A stretch of DNA of 64,000 bases. It comes from Gracilinanus agilis (lineage: Eukaryota). The stretch is taken from contig NC_058133.1 in NCBI RefSeq assembly GCF_016433145.1, positions 34,671,345-34,735,344 of the forward strand, in the 5' to 3' direction. Position numbers and translations under genes: made by a program. The notes under the pieces were generated by a model. That model was not told the origin of the DNA, ran no database searches, and saw only the letters and a list, made by a program, of their open reading frames with translations. This document shows positions 23,651 through 33,399 of this stretch, piece by piece; within the stretch, counting starts at the first letter, position 1; the number at the start of each line of letters is the position of its first letter.

Positions 23651-25008
23651 AAATTTTTTGTGTTTAAATTTTTTTAAAACCCTTACCATCTTAGAATAGA
23701 TACCGTGAATTGATTTCAATACAGAAAAGCAGGGTCACACAGCTAGAGAGTATCTGAATCCAGATTTGAATCCAGGACCTCTCATCTCTAGGTCTGGCTC
23801 TCAATCCACTAAGCCACTTAGCCGCCTCTAAATGTTTAAACTCGGGGTGGGGGGTGGAATCTGGAGGGGTGGTAGTTAGATGGGCATATCTTGGTATGGG
23901 ATTCCTGTTCTCCGGACCCATTCCCCCTTCAGACCATTGAGGCCCCTAGGATTTTTACAGGTTGTTCTGTTGCTTTTGGCAGTGAACTAATGAGAGTTGC
24001 TAGTAGGGCCATGAGAAGTGCCAAGTGGCTCCATATACCCACTAAGACCCCGGGGTTGGGCAGCCCTCCCTTAACTGTCCAAACTTTTTGTCTCTGCTCC
24101 CTCACAGAGGAGGAGTTAAAGGAGAGAATCCTTTTGGTCTCTGGTGGCCTGAAACCCTTTCAATCCCAATGCTACTCTAATTGTGAAATATAAAAGAAGG
24201 AAGGATGAAAACAAGCATTTATTAAGCTCCTTCTATGTGCCAGGCACTGTGCTAAGTGCTTTACAAATATGATCTCACAACAATACTGGGAGGTAGGTGC
24301 TATGATTATCCCCATTTTACAGATGAGGAAACTGAGGCTCAGAGAGTGACTTGCCACTGGTCACACAGCTAGTGACAGACAGGACTGGACTGCAAGTCCA
24401 AGGCTCTAGGCACTGGACCACCCGGAGATCCTCCATTGGAGCCTGCCAGGACTGCCAGTTGGCACATCCCTGCTCCCGAGGTGGAGCAGCCCTTAGGGAA
24501 GGTGGGAGGGAGGGAAGTGGAAGAGGTGGTAGCATGAGAGCGAGTGCCGTCCGAGAGGGAAATGGGCTGCCTAGGAGAAGAGCCACAATGTGGCAGCCTG
24601 AGGTCTAAGTGCCCACTCTGTGCAGGGCACTGCCCAGGAGGCAATGAGAGCACCATGGGGGGGGGGAACAATGCACTTCCTGCAGAGGGGGCTTCATGGG
24701 GGCCCGACTCCCCATACCCCAGAGGTCCTCTGGGCTAAAGCCCTGTCTAACCTGTCCCCAGCCTGCCATCCTGACTCCCTCCAGGGAAAGGGTATTGCTT
24801 GTTACTGCCCATCCGTGGGCCAGCCAGGTCCCAGGGCCACCCCTCTGGGCCACATGCTCAGGGACACCCAGTGTTATAAGGGCCCCATCTGGCTACTGTG
24901 CTTCCTCCTGAGACACTGAGGCACAATCTTAGGGCCCCATGGGAGAGATTCCCCTAAAAGAGTCCTGGGTGCTGTAGTCACTCACTATATTGACTTGGGG
25001 CCCCAGTG

Positions 25009-25160
25009 TGGGGGGCTCTACCCCACCCAGAGCCAGGGGTATGGGGAACCTACCCTCTCAGGGCCTGAGGGATGGAGGGCTCTACCCCTCCAGATTCAGA
25101 GGGATGGGGGGCTCTGCCCCACCCAGAGCCAGAGGGAGGGGGGAACACCCCCCCCATCCC
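25009..25160. repeat. G/C-rich minisatellite, 31-33 bp unit, about 4.7 copies
   Basis: Units start at 25009, 25042, 25073, 25105 and 25138. Consensus about TGGGGGGCTCTACCCCACCCAGAGCCAGAGGGA. Confidence 0.85.
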
Positions 25161-25564
25161 GCTAGGCAGCCCCTGCTTTGGGAATTCCCGGTAGGAGAGG
25201 CCATGGCTGTTTTCTCTTCCAGGGCAGAGCCCGGGCAAGGTAACAGCTTTGGCGGCAGGCTCTCAGGGTGGCCATGGCAGCCTCCAATTTCTGGAGAGAC
25301 CTCCTGAGGCCGGGCCAGACCGAGCTTAGAGCTGGGGCTGTGGCCCACTTCTGGCTTGAAGTTCTCTGGAAAAGCCAGACGTGGTCTTGCGTTCCGGTAA
25401 AGGTCCCAGCTTCCAGGACAGCCTGGCCTTGTGCAGGCCAAGTGCCCGTCAGAGCGGGGGGTGGGACGCTGGGCCTGGGGCCCAGGTATGGCCGGGGTAG
25501 GCAGCTGGGGGCACCAGGCTGGGGGGCCCCGAGACCTGCCAGGGGAGAAGGTGAGGAAGAAACC

Positions 25565-26516
25565 CAGGCCAGACTGCTGTAGCTTTATTGCTCCTCGGCC
25601 CCCGGAGAAGGGCTAGCACAGGCCCCACAGGCTCCTGCTCATCCTGGCCGGGCCGCCAGCAGCAGCAGCAGCCCAGGGCCTTGGGAGACCACCTCTATCC
25701 CCTCGGACTCCGGGTCCTCGAGGTCCTGGGGGATGAAGAACGGGCCTGGGCCCCAGCGGCCGTGGCTTCGGCTGAGTGCTCGGCCTCTTCTCTGAGCCTC
25801 ACGAGGCTCCAAGGGCTCAGGGTGGGTAGAGAATGAGGGGTGGGAGAGAGGAGGGCTTCCCCCCTCCCCTTCCCTGGCTGGCTCCAAGCCTCCCTTTCTG
25901 CCGGGGGCAGGGCTGGGAGGGGCAGACTCCCCCCACAACTCCTCAGACCCCTTTCTGCTGTTCCCTGTGCACCCCCACCCGAGGGGGGCAGCCCAGACGT
26001 TCCCTGCGATCCTCTCTTTGCCAAACATTGACCAGACTTCATGTCTTCAGCCTTATTTAAAAAATAAATTATCCCCCTCCTCCCTCTCCCACCCCCAACT
26101 CTGCATCCACAAAATAAAATAGAATACAGCAAACACTGCGGGAAGAGACTCTCCCAGAGGCCCTGAAGGCCAGACCCTGCTAGCCAGCCAGTCAGGGCCC
26201 CCTCGGCCTCAGGCAGGTCTCTCGGGGCAGGCAGAGCCCCCCAGGCCCAGGCAGGTTCCTTAGTTCCAGGCAGGGCTCCTCAGCCCCGGGAAAGGCCCCG
26301 TCTGGGGCAAGCGTCTGGCAGGAGGCCCTGCCTGGAGAGTCTGGGCAGATGGAGGCTGGCCCGGGGGCCGCTCCTGCCCCTGCACGACCCTTGGCACTCG
26401 GCACCCAGAAGCTCCCCATCCGTCCAGGGGTTCAATGACGGGGCGGGAAGGCGGTTCTGCTCTCCCAGGCCGGGCCTGGCATCCGGGGGGGCTTCCAGTG
26501 CCACGTCCCGCGGCCT
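25565..26516 (-). other. ST3GAL3: Predicted ST3GAL3 3' UTR
   Basis: Lies between the stop codon and the AATAAA-predicted cleavage zone. The 3' end is approximate. Confidence 0.55.
25584..25589 (-). terminator. ST3GAL3: Probable ST3GAL3 polyadenylation signal AATAAA
   Basis: TTTATT on + equals AATAAA on minus, about 930 nt after the stop, followed by a pyrimidine-rich downstream element (GGGTTTCTTCCTCACCTTCTCC). Confidence 0.6.
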
Positions 26517-26606
26517 TCAGATGCCACTGGTGAGATCCGTGATGACGTGGGCCTTCACCAGCTTCCGAAGGAACTCCTTCTCCCGCTGGATGTTGTGTGT
26601 CCAGGA
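26517..26606 (-). CDS. ST3GAL3: ST3GAL3 last coding exon (90 nt): SWTHNIQREKEFLRKLVKAHVITDLTSGI*, sialylmotif VS
   Basis: Acceptor ..CTCACTTCCAG|, phase 0, TGA at 26519-26517. Matches the recalled human ST3GAL3 C-terminus apart from 2 residues. Confidence 0.97.
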   Translation of the reverse strand, partial: SWTHNIQREKEFLRKLVKAHVITDLTSGI

Positions 26607-28299
26607 CTGGAAGTGAGGAGAAGCGCAGTCAGCCCCATGTCCTGGCAGGCCGGACTGGGGAAGGCCCCGATCCCCGCCTGCCCCTTACTGCGGCTCGGGC
26701 TCTGCACCCCCATGGGGGCCGACGCCACCCTCTGCCCTCCTCTCTCTGGCTTCCACCCGGCCTCCCAAGCCCAGAAGCTGGGCTTGGTGTGGACCCTCGA
26801 ATGGGCATCGGGAGGCTGGCGGTGCCGGGCTGTGTGCCTGGGCCGGGGAAGCAGCGGGCTGGGGCTGGGGGGGATTTGGGGCGCTTCCTGGAAGCTGGGG
26901 AGCTGGGGCCCTGGGCACAGCCTTTGGCCATAGAGGGCCTCCCCTCTTTCCAGCCCTGGGGGGTCACGGCCATGCCCAGAGAGAAGCGGGCACTGCCCAG
27001 GGGCAGGGAGTGGGTGTGGCAGTGGCGACGTCTGCTGGGCTGAATTTTTCTCATTTCTGAGGTGATAAAAACATGTCTAGACCAGCTGCTTTTCTTGGGG
27101 GATGAAGGTGCTGCATCAGCGCAGGGCGGGTGAGGGCCCGGGCCCAGGACGCTGCTGCCGGGGTGTCTGGGGCAGGAGGCCCGGGGAGCTGCGGCCACCC
27201 TAGGCGCCTGGCCTGTGGGGGGCCCCCTCCTGAACAGAGACGGTCTCTTGTCCCGAAGGAGAGGCCAGCGAGGGAAGGCATCTGGAGTCGGGGCACTCCA
27301 GGCCTCGGGCAGGGGCTGCGGGGAGGACTTGCTGCCCGTCCCTCCAGCGACTGGGGCAGCTTGGGGCGAGGAGACCAGGATGGGACACGGGGGCTGGCCA
27401 GTAGGCCCCAGGGCTCCTGCTGGCAGGTCTCCAGGCCCGGCCGAGGGCTCGCTGATGTGCCAGGCACTGCTTTCCAGGAAGACCCTGTGGCCACCCTGCT
27501 CAGTCACCTCCTCATCCAAGAACACCCAAGAACCTCACAGGGAGTTCACTCCAACCCCTCCCTGAAGCAGCATCCTTCAGAAGTGAGCCTGAAGACCTTA
27601 TGGATGGGGAGATCATTACCTCACATGGAAGCCCGCCATACTTGTTAAAATGAAAGTCAAACTCCTCCATTTGGCCCTCAAGGCCCTCCCATCACCCCCA
27701 TGTACACCATCTCTGGTCCTGCCCTCGCCTCTCCCTGGGTACGAGCAGGTCACCTAGCCCCGGCCCATCCAATTTCCCGGGTCCTCAGCCTCTGAACCCC
27801 AGTTAGCAGCTGCAGACCAGGCCCCTGGCAGCCTCCCTATGAGGCAGGAAGGTAAGGCCCATCCTGGCCACGGGAGGAGCCTCAAAGAATGGAGCCCAGA
27901 CTGGGTCCAGCTGCAGCTGCCTCCCCCTGAGACGGAAGGGTGGCAGCTAAGGGGGCCCCCCAAGTTCTGAGGACACTGTGACACCCCCTGGCACCACAGG
28001 GTTACCCCCACAAAGGAAGAGGAGCCCCGAGTCTCCTCTGTACCAGGAAAAACAGAAGAACCAACTCGTTCAGAACAGGCCCAGCACGCAGGAGAGAACC
28101 CCGGCCTGTGTTTCAGAAATGGGGGAGGGTCCCAGGCTCACAGCCGGCCTCAGGCAGGAGAATCAAGGATGCTGCCTGGAGAGGCCCCAGAGGGCGCAGG
28201 CTTGGGCCAGGCCCGGACTGGCTCACAGCGAAGCCCAGAAACTCTGAGCTCCGGGAGGCCTCCAGGCTGCCGGGCCCAACCGGCATTTGGCTGAGGAGC

Positions 28300-29120
28300 C
28301 ACAATATGCCCGATGAGGGGGCATCCAGCTTCTGCTCCACCCCTCCAGGGACAGGAAGCTCCCTCCCTCCCTCCCTCCCGAGCTCGCTGGGCCCTGGGCA
28401 TGTCCCCTCTCCTTGCTTTAGCCGGGCCTCCCTGGGCCTGGACGCCGGCCCTTCCCCAGCCTGGTACTCCCCCAGCCTGAGACCCCTGAGTGGGGCCGCT
28501 CCTCCCTCTGGGCTCTTCTGGCCGCCCATCACGGCCCCCCCCCTCATAGCCCTCCCCCTCGGCTCCTTTTCTCGCGGGCCGCTGAGTCTCCATATTAATG
28601 CCAACGAGATCTTGTTTTCTCAGAGGCAGCCCGCAGAGCCCTTTGGGGCCTCGGACCCAGCACCCTCCCTCCCGGCTTTGGGCCACCCGAAGGTTGGCTA
28701 CGTTGGCTGGCCCGGCTCCGGGGGGAGGCGGGGGGGAGCCTCCTTCCCAGTCCCGAGACTGAGACAAGCGGCCGGTTCTTACCTCCTTGATGGCCGCCAT
28801 GCGAACAGACTCGTAGTAGTGAAGCGGGGCGTTGGGCGAGCTCATGTCGTAGCCGAAGCCGGCCACCGCCACCTGGTCGCAGCTGTGCAAGGCCATGGTC
28901 ACGGCCACCGTGCCCAGAGTCGGGATGTTCTGGGGAGGGAAGAGCCGCTGAGAAGGGGAGGGGCAGCACCGGATGGCCCCCAGGGAGGCCCAAAGGCTCC
29001 GGGCCAGCCCTGGAGGACGCAGAGGCCTGTGTGCGCCCCTGTCTGTGCTCGGCTCCACGCGGGTCCGTTTGGTGTCTGCACATACGTGTGCATTTTAATA
29101 AGTGTGTGCGGCACGCTTAT
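28300..29120. promoter_or_regulatory. Intragenic CpG-island-like segment over the penultimate ST3GAL3 exon
   Basis: About 24 CpGs counted in 28660-28950, very high GC. Function unknown. Confidence 0.55.
28783..28929 (-). CDS. ST3GAL3: ST3GAL3 coding exon (147 nt): NIPTLGTVAVTMALHSCDQVAVAGFGYDMSSPNAPLHYYESVRMAAIKE, sialylmotifs S and III
   Basis: Acceptor CCCTCCCCAG|, donor GAG|GTAAGA, phase 0/0. Confidence 0.97.
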
Positions 29121-29341
29121 GGCCCAGGCTTCCCTGAAAGCTCCTCCTCATCCAGGCCAGCCGAGTCCCTGCAGGCTTCTGGGCCTAGCTCGCCTCCGGG
29201 GCAGGCCAGCCTGGGGACTTCCCAAAGAAACACCCTCAACAGGCGCCTTCCTGGGGCTGAGCGGCTCAGGACTGAGAGGAAGCGTGGCCAGGTCACACGG
29301 CCCGCTCTGGGAGGGCTCCCTCTCCCCTCCCTGTCTTTCTG

Positions 29342-29550
29342 NNNNNNNNNNNNNNNNNNNNNNNNNNNNNNNNNNNNNNNNNNNNNNNNNNNNNNNNNNN
29401 NNNNNNNNNNNNNNNNNNNNNNNNNNNNNNNNNNNNNNNNNNNNNNNNNNNNNNNNNNNNNNNNNNNNNNNNNNNNNNNNNNNNNNNNNNNNNNNNNNNN
29501 NNNNNNNNNNNNNNNNNNNNNNNNNNNNNNNNNNNNNNNNNNNNNNNNNN
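29342..29550. other. Assembly gap (209 N)
   Basis: Run of N. Confidence 1.
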
Positions 29551-30564
29551 CTCACCCCTTTGTTCCCCAGCCCTGCTCCAAGGACACACGTCAGACCTGG
29601 CTTGACTCTCCCCTCTCTAAGGCAGAGCAGCCGCTCGCTCTGTGCCCACCCAGGACTGAGGCTCCCACCACTTCTGCGGCTCGGGCCCAGGCACAGATGC
29701 CTGGGGGCCAGGCAGGCTCTGCTTCTCAAATGCAAAGCACTTCAGCTGCACGCAGGTCGGCTTGACCAATACTCCAGAGTCCATTTGGACCAGCTCCGAG
29801 ATCTGCTTTGCCTGTCTGACAACCACAAGAAGGCAAGTGGGTAGAGCGCAGGATTTGGAGTCAGGAAGACCTGAGTTCAAATCTGACCTCAGCCACTCAC
29901 TAGCTCTGTGACCCTGGGCAAGTCATTCAACCATTGCCTCAGTTTCCTCTACTGTAAAATGGGGATAATACCAGCCCCTCCTTCATGTGGTTGTTATGAG
30001 GCTCCAATGAGATACTCAGCACAGTGTGTGGCACACAGTAGGTGCTTAAGGAGCGCTCAGTCCCCAGCCCTTTCTCTGAGCCTGTCCATGACTCTCCCCA
30101 ATGCCTGACACGTTCTCCTTCCTCACCGCCATCCTCAAGCGGCCTTGGAGATGCAGCTCCAGCGCCACCTTCCACAGGCCAAGCGCGTGCGCTCTGAGGC
30201 AGCCGCCAACACCTCGGACCCTCCTGGGTCTGCCCTTGGCCGCTCGTCCTTGCTGGGCCCCCTTGTCTGCGGGCTAAGACCACAGCCAGAGCTCCGTGAG
30301 CGAGCCGGCCGGTGTGGCCCCCAGGCGGCCATCTGAGCTGCCGGCTCCCTGCCCGGGACCCTCTGCCTTGCCTAGGCAGCCCCACGCTCCCCCCGAGCAC
30401 AGGAAGGGTTTCTAGGGAAATCCCATCCGTCCTGTCCCTGCAGACAAAGCTCTTCCTGGCCTCCGCCCATCGGGCCACATGCCCAGCCACCTGCCTTTAA
30501 TGTCCGCCAGACCCCAAGCACACGGGGAGGGCCTCCGCTAGAGATGCGAGGCTGGTGAGGTGCG

Positions 30565-30611
30565 TCTCTCTGGGGGTCTCTCTGGGGGTCTCTCTGGGGG
30601 TCTCTCTGGGG
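30565..30611. repeat. Tandem repeat (TCTCTCTGGGGG)x4
   Basis: Three perfect 12-mers and one 11-mer, starting about 50 nt into the intron after the exon at 30662-30808. Confidence 0.95.
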
Positions 30612-30661
30612 ACGGGCACCCTCCCATCACTAAGCTGTCCTGGCCCAGCCAGGCTTCTTAC

Positions 30662-30808
30662 CCCCCGGCCCATGAGGCCATGGTTGAAGGGGAGTCCGAT
30701 GAAACTGAAGGCAGCCTCCTGGATGAAGTAGGGGTTCAGGATTCTTATCTCGGGGGGCTCCTTGGGCACTCGAGTGGCAACGGACTTCCAGAAGCCATCC
30801 GAAGCGCT
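30662..30808 (-). CDS. ST3GAL3: ST3GAL3 coding exon (147 nt): SASDGFWKSVATRVPKEPPEIRILNPYFIQEAAFSFIGLPFNHGLMGRG
   Basis: Acceptor TCTGTGTTCCAG|, donor GGG|GTAAGA, phase 0/0. Confidence 0.97.
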
Positions 30809-32087
30809 CTGGAACACAGAGGAGGGAGACGTCAGCACGAGCTGCTGATGAGATCCGAGATGTGTGGCTGGAGCTGTGGTGGGCGCAAACCAGGAGGGGG
30901 AGCATGAATGGGGAGAGGAGGAGGACGGGGTGACAGGAGGGCACCCAACCCAAAGCACAGGAGACCAAAGTGGGGTGGCGCTGTGGATGGCGGGGACTGG
31001 GAAGGGGAATGTTAGGAGAACAGAGACGGGGCAGAGTCACAGGAGTGCCCGGGATGGGCTGGAGGGATGGGAAAGGACAGGCTGGGCGTGAAGGAGGGCA
31101 GAGGATGGGAAGGGGCAGAGCCGTGAACAGGAAAGGGACGAGGACATGCTGGGTCGAGGGATGAGCGGGGAGGGCACAGGGCATGACTGCGGGTGAGTCA
31201 GTGGCGTGCCCAGGCTGTGTAGGAGTGTTCTTGGGTTGGGGCCAGGGTGTGACAAGGGATGAAATAGGGCTGTGGCTAAAGGAGGTCCAGCTAAGTTGGA
31301 AAAGCAGGCTCTGTGGCAGTGCCACTCGGGGTCGCCCTCCTGGTCTCTGGGCCCAGCCTTTGCCCCTTCCCTGCTTCCTCCTGGGTGGCTGCTACAGTTC
31401 TCGCTGGTGCGCTTGCCCCACTCCCGCCTCCCTTTGGGCTCTCCTCGCCTGCCCCTGTCTCCTGTGGGGCTCCTGCCCCTGCTCTGCTCACAGCCACCCT
31501 TTGCCTCCTCCATGCTAGCTCACACTGCGGCTGCCTTGAGGGTGGGTGGCCATTGTCTTGCTCTCTCTATCTTGTCTGCTTCCTTGCTCTGGCTCAATCA
31601 TTCTTTCCTATAAGGAAACTGGAAAAACGAAGACAGGCGATTAGGTGGGACTCCCTCAGCTCTCTGTGCTTTGCTTGCCTCGGCTCAGCGACTGCCTTGA
31701 TGCAGCCCTTTGATCCTTTCCCCCTTTGAGGTCACGCGCATCCTCTATAAAATGAGGACGCTGCACTAGCTGGCACCTGAGCTTGTCCGGGTCTGGCCCT
31801 CTTCCTTGACATCTCTGGGCCAGGCTTTCCTCAGCCTGCAGCTGGAAGTTGTGGGGAACAGAGAAAGACAAATCGGGATTATGGGTGGGGAAAGGGGAAC
31901 CCCATGGAGTAGGGCCAACCAAGGAATGGAGACCACGGCCCGGAGATGGAAGTGTAGCTGGAGCCCACCAAGGGCAAGCAGGAAGCTGATTTCAGAGGGG
32001 GAAGATCCCAGAATGATGGAAAATGATGGCACCAGCGGCTGCCAAACCACAGGCCTGTCTGGCATCCTCCTTAAGAACGATCTAAAA

Positions 32088-32278
32088 CAGTGATTCCCAA
32101 AGTGGGCGCCACCACTCCCTGGTGGGTGCTGTAGCGATCCAGGGGGAACGGTGATGGCACAGGTACATTTATCTTTCCTATTAATTGCTATTAAAATTTT
32201 TTAAAATTAATTTCCAGGGGCTAAGTAATATTTTTTCTGAAAAGGGGTTGGTAAGCCAAAAATGTTTGGGAACCACTG
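32088..32278. mobile_element. hAT/Charlie-type non-autonomous DNA transposon (MITE), 191 bp
   Basis: 14-bp TIRs CAGTGATTCCCAAA / TTTGGGAACCACTG (1 mismatch). 8-bp TSD ATCTAAAA (32080-32087) / CTCTAAAA (32279-32286), close to the NTCTAGAN Charlie target. Confidence 0.85.
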
Positions 32279-33399
32279 CTCTAAAAGGCCAACAGAGCCA
32301 GAAGAGGAAGCAGCCCTGCTCTCAGGGAGCTGACATGGGGAGGAAGGAAGAGCCAACTCTCTAGCAGCTGCCCACTTGCCCATCCATCACTTCACAGGCT
32401 CACAGTGACTGCTGTAGGGTCCAGCAGAACCACACCTGGGCCAGGCTGGCCACTGCTTCTTGTGGGTGAGGCCCAAACAGGGGTTCAAGTCCTGGCCTTG
32501 TCGTTTCACTGGCTCCCAGGACCTCAGAGCCCTCATTTGTGAAATGTGGGGAAGAGTAGTTTACAGTAAAAGGCAGTTAAACCCTGGCTACAACACTAGG
32601 CGTGGAGTCAGGAAGACCTGAGTTCAAATCTAGTCTCAGACCCTTCCTGGCTCTGTGGCCTGGGTCACAGGGCCATTGTGAGTCAGGTGAAAGGACAGAG
32701 AACAGGTTGGCCACCTGGAAGGGTTCTCTAGTGGTGTCACAGGGATCTTTCCTCTGCTCTGTTCTGTTCAATAGTTTTATCAGTGCCTCGGGCGAAGGTA
32801 CCCACGGCAAGGGAACCAAGTTGGCAGATGAAGTTCAGCAATTTGATTCAGCAAACACTAAGTCCCTACTGTATGCCACGCACTGTGCTCAGGCTGGGGT
32901 TCTCATTGTCCCAAGGGAAGTCTGCCTGTTGGGAGGGCCAGTTAGCGTTCTTTCCCGCACCAGGCCACCCTCTTCAGACCCTTACCTTCTGTCTTAGAAT
33001 CAAGAATGTGTTTGGGCTCCAAGGCAGAAGAGCAGGAAGGGTTGGGCAATTGGGCGATGCTCAGGGTCATATAGCTGGGAAATGCCTCAGTCGAATTTGA
33101 ACCCAAGTCCTCCTATCTCTAGGCCTGGCTCTCAAGCCACCTAACTGCCATACCTTCTGACCTGAGGAGGCCACCTTTGTCTCTACTATTTGCTGCCAAG
33201 TATTGAGAAGAATACAAGATGGCTGTCTTCTCTCCCACCCCATCACAAGCTCCCACCAATCTGGCTTCCATGCATGCCCCTGCCCCTAGCTGACCAAGGC
33301 TGGACATGACTCTGGTCAAACTAAAAAGCCTTTTCTTCTTCTTCTGAAAACTGCCCCTCCCCTTCCCCTTTCCTTCCAGTTCTCCAGGCAACAATCAAC

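Noticed and set aside
24400-24680. Possible ARTN signal or pro-peptide exon on the minus strand
   Set aside because: Only vague Pro/Ala-rich resemblance, with stops or frame inconsistencies and no mature domain nearby.
26629-27525. 298-aa minus-strand ORF and overlapping ORFs in the last ST3GAL3 intron
   Set aside because: GC-rich low-complexity composition, ORFs open in several frames at once, and no motifs.
28108-29844. 578-aa + strand ORF, the longest in the track
   Set aside because: It runs through a 209-N gap, is antisense to a real ST3GAL3 exon, and is Pro/Gly/Arg/Ala-rich as expected from stop-poor GC-rich DNA. No domain is recognisable.
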